From Takakia lepidozioides (lineage: Eukaryota > Plantae > Bryophyta): 64,000 nucleotides of DNA. Both the position numbers and the translations under genes were made by a program. Location: positions 7,998,001-8,062,000 of the forward strand of contig CM060731.1 in assembly GCA_030704615.1 (NCBI GenBank), written 5' to 3'. The stretch's first letter is position 1. Each line of letters starts with the position of its first letter. Shown piece after piece: positions 60,901 through 64,000 of this stretch. The notes beneath the pieces were generated by a model, which saw only the letters and a list, made by a program, of their open reading frames with translations, was not told where the DNA came from and made no database searches.

Positions 60901-62828
60901 AAGCAAACAAGGATTCAAAGATTGTGAACAGTATGCCATGATTGAGCTGTGGTTGACTGACAAGGTGCATGAATATTGCGATGACAAGGACAACCTTAAA
61001 GTGGTGAGTGTTGGTGACCTCTCATTCCGGAGAGTGAAAGAATGTACTCATAAGACGTTGTTTGCCGTAGACTTGTGGTGATTGACTCCGCGCTCAGTTT
61101 GAGTGGAACACAAAGGGACAGACCTTTGTGTCTTTGTGACTACCTTTGTCAGGGGCTGACGCCTGTAGTATGACTTACCTTGGAACAGACTATTAATCCG
61201 AGTTTTCCAGATATCCTTTAAAATCCCTTCACACAAGCATCAACGTGCTGTGTGTGGTTTGCCCAATAACTAGGCCCCAAAGAGCCTGGGCTTTTGGCTC
61301 AGCCTCGAGACTTTCAAAGTTGGTAAACAGAGGTTCTGGCACAATTCCCTTGATGGATTTGAAGAGGGCGTCTCTCTCATGACAGTACCCAGGACAAAGA
61401 ATCAGAGAATGAATATTGTCTTCAGGTTGCCCACACAACGGGTAATTGCAATTCCTCTTTCCTCTCTGCATCTGTTTGCTGTTCAAAGGTAGGCTTCCCG
61501 CCCTGAGTTTAAATTTCAGTCCAGTGCCGAGGGTGGGTAAACCCTTGAGGTCATCCATGCTGGCCTCTCCCATGTCACAGACTGGAAACAGTTCAGGGAA
61601 GTTTCTGCCTAACTTCATTTTCATCAGACAATTTCCTGGCAACAGACATGGCTTTGGACATTACAGCCTCTAAGTCAGATTTATCCAGCAGATTCCGGAG
61701 AGTGAAAGAGAGAGGTTGGAAGTATCTTAGGTATAGTACCTTGACGTCATGCCTATTGATGCTTTGCCGAGAAAAGATTTTTGCACTTAATATGCGTATG
61801 CTGGTTCTCAATGCTAGTCTGGGGTTGAGGTCCTTTCTTGTTTGAGATATTTCTTGGGGTGGATCAAGAGTGTGTGCAGGGAATTTTTTCGGGTCTTGTC
61901 CCTATTGTCTTCAATGTGCCCTTGTGGATGAGTGAGAGGTGAGAGAAGTGATATCAGAGAGTTTCAAATATTGGCAACTCGTGGTGGTCTGAATGCACAA
62001 GAATGCTCAAAGGGTTCCTCCATCAATGGCCAAAGTCAAGCCAATTTATCAACAACTTCAGGTGTAGCCCAAGCCTGCCTTCAGTCACATAGTTGAATTT
62101 GTTTGTTATACGCAGTTGAATCCAAAGAAGATACGAAAAGGTGTGACGCTCAAGGCTGATCAGGACTGGGTTCAATGTGACAAGTGTCTTAAGTGGCGCA
62201 CCTTGCCAGAGGGCATGGTTGCCAATAACTTGCCTGCAGAATGGTGAGTTGAAGCAAGGACATACCACATGTTTTTGATATTACCTGTACAATATCATTG
62301 CAAACTGCTTCTCTGTCATTCCCTGGACATTCTTACAGTCGGTGCCCAAAAAATGAATGGACTGTTGTTGAAAGGAAAAAGGTTTCATGGCAGACTCATC
62401 AAATAGGTCCAATGAAGTTTGTTATCGTTGTAGCCATGGAATCTAGTTTCCTTTGTGGCATTCTGATCTTTCAATTTGTCTCTCGCCACAGGTTCTGTTA
62501 CATGCATCCCTCTACTACGATGAAGTGCAGTGTGTCTCAGGAAAAGCCTGATTGTGACGTTGTCACAGTTGCTGTGCAAAGGTCTGGAAATACAGTAGCT
62601 CAGCAGCTGGTTGACAGCTTGGATCAGGATGTTGCAGCCAATATAGGCGACACCATGTCAAAGGGTGGGGTATCTCTGTTAATGGACGGAACCAAGAAAG
62701 TTCTGGTGATTGGAGATGAGGAAGAGGAGGTTGATGTGAGAGTTCCCTACAGGATAAGAGCAGAAAGAAAGAGGCCTAGTTCTTCTGGACATCTTGGAGG
62801 TCGGGGGAGTTGGGAACGAGAGAGATAG
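48989..62828 (+). CDS. MORC-family GHKL ATPase with CW Zn finger and N-terminal SPOC-like domain (multi-exon)
   Basis: Exons 48989-49016, 50246-50330, 50527-50680, 50999-51344, 54694-54839, 55193-55376, ~55641-55742, 56023-56382, 59203-59287, ~59588-59746, ~59936-60019, ~60869-61003, 62116-62243 and 62492-62828. Motifs AELIDNSRDA, DNGQGM, IGRFGVGFK, VPLDYSLQAY, GIFLYW, GRGVIGVID, DWVQCDKCLKWR..WFCYM. The 3' end is uncertain because of a duplication. Confidence 0.88.
51577..54320 (+). mobile_element. Head-to-tail cluster of ~6 5'-truncated RTEX-like LINE copies in a MORC intron
   Basis: Repeated RFRVGSHNLRIETGRW..C..C..ETEEHFFFYCPLY coding end plus 3' UTR, with (CATTT)n tails at ~51817, 52995, 53830, 53910 and 54302. 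Confidence 0.9.
56795..57074 (-). mobile_element. tRNA-derived SINE
   Basis: A box TGGCCCAATGG and B box GGTTCAAAGCC on the - strand; (TCC)n tail; 11-bp TSD TGGGCTGAAGA at 56784-56794 and 57075-57085. Confidence 0.75.
57210..59050 (-). mobile_element. 5'-truncated RTEX-like LINE (RT + C-terminal Zn finger), frameshift near 58590
   Basis: QAGFR, FVDFHKAFDSV, GVKQGCPLSPTLF, LLYADD, YRYLGL, LRIETGRW; (CATTT)n tail. Confidence 0.92.
61042..61691 (-). mobile_element. 3' fragment of a second LINE family
   Basis: KFKLRAGSLPLN..PLCGQPEDNIHSLILCPGY Zn-finger end; 18-bp direct repeat ATTCCGGAGAGTGAAAGA at 61024-61041 and 61692-61709. Confidence 0.65.
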
Positions 62829-63085
62829 GATTGCATGCTGATTATGGATTCTTTGATTTCTGGGAGTAAGGACCATGTCAAAGGGTGGGGTATCTTTGTT
62901 AATGGACGGAACCAAGAATGTTCTGGTGATTGGAGATGAGGAAGAGGAGGTTGATGTGAGAGTCCCCTACAGGATAAAGGCAGAAAGAAAGAGGCCTAGT
63001 TCTTCTGGACATCTTGAAAGTCGGGGGAGTTGGGAACGAGAGAGACAGGATTGCATGCTTATTATGGAGTCTTTGATTTCTGGAG
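62652..63085 (+). repeat. ~220-bp tandem duplication in the MORC terminal exon
   Basis: ACCATGTCAAAGGGTGGG at 62652 and 62872; near-identical units. Confidence 0.9.
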
Positions 63086-64000
63086 GAAGGAGGAGGGGTG
63101 ATAAGGACAATTTTCCTGCCAGTAGTGCGAGTCAGCAGTGGGGAAGTTAGTTGATAAGGGGGGAGGCTGAGGCTTTATAGACCATGTCAGTAAGAATGAA
63201 GCAGTGACAAAAGCAGGGACGCATAAGCAGAGGCAGCCACAACATGGTGCGAAGACCCAGCAAGAAGTGCTCAGAGAATCGAGCGACCAACCTTGTCAGA
63301 GCAGAGAACAAAGTCAAGATCACTGGTTCAGATAAGGAATGGCTATAAGAAGATTGGAAAGAGAAGCCTAAGTCCAGAGCTGACTGTTTTGAGCTCTCAC
63401 AAGCATGCAGATCCTTCTACCGAGCAATGAGGAGAATGAAGGGTTGCAACTTTGATCTCAAGGTTGACAGCACTTGTTCCCTTCCTTGACAGCCTCTGTT
63501 GAGACAGCCTGTGTATAGTACAATGTTGGTAGACAGTTTGCAGATATTCACCAAAGAAAGCGGAAAAGGGAATGAGGTCTCTGAGCTAAATTTTCCTCCT
63601 ATAGTTTTCATTTGTATGCATGATGTAGAAGGTTGACATTCAATGGAATTGGAGTTCTCAAGCCCAATATGAAACATGTGCGATGGGCGGATGACTAATG
63701 TCTCTTTAAGCATGCATGTTTCTTGCATATTTGTGAGGAATTTGTATTTGAAGCAGAAGTCTGCTATTTGAGTCAAATTTTGAGGTTTTGAATCATCATC
63801 AAAGTAGAACTTTGGATTTCCCACGTTTGCAGTTCAATGCTGCAAAAAGTCTGAAGATTTGCAAAGGGAGATAAAGGAAGCCTAGAAGCTTGAATCTGAG
63901 GTTGCTTTGTGGAAGCTTAAACCCCCATCATCATCAAACCTGAATTAGATTGAGGGTCGCACATGTGCATGCTAGTATCCCAGAATTTGGAAGTTGGTTG

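Overview
Eukaryotic land-plant DNA, probably from a non-seed plant with organellar RNA editing (inferred from GT-AG introns, a PLS/DYW PPR gene, piggyBac and RTEX-like elements). The left ~37 kb is a stack of nested transposons. The main discovery is a reconstructable ~12-13 kb TIR-bounded Mutator-like element present as two oppositely oriented partial copies (1-7830 and 21871-28350). It carries two divergent genes: a GCM/WRKY-like Zn finger + MULE DDE + SWIM transposase, and an intact, spliced ~1490-aa protein fusing a ParB/sulfiredoxin-like domain to a beta-class (bacterial N4C/N6A-type) DNA methyltransferase fold. Three of its non-coding regions (intron, intergenic, subterminal) hold tandem arrays of one palindromic GGCGCC-centred motif. 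Between the copies lie a deleted non-chromovirus Ty3/gypsy element and a very young chromovirus. To the right are a decayed piggyBac interrupted by a CACTA MITE and two more MITEs. The right ~27 kb holds host genes: a PPR gene with a decayed DYW domain, a class-3 lipase, and a SPOC-MORC-CW gene whose introns contain RTEX-like LINE fragments and a tRNA-derived SINE. All domain calls come from reading motifs by eye; no searches were run.
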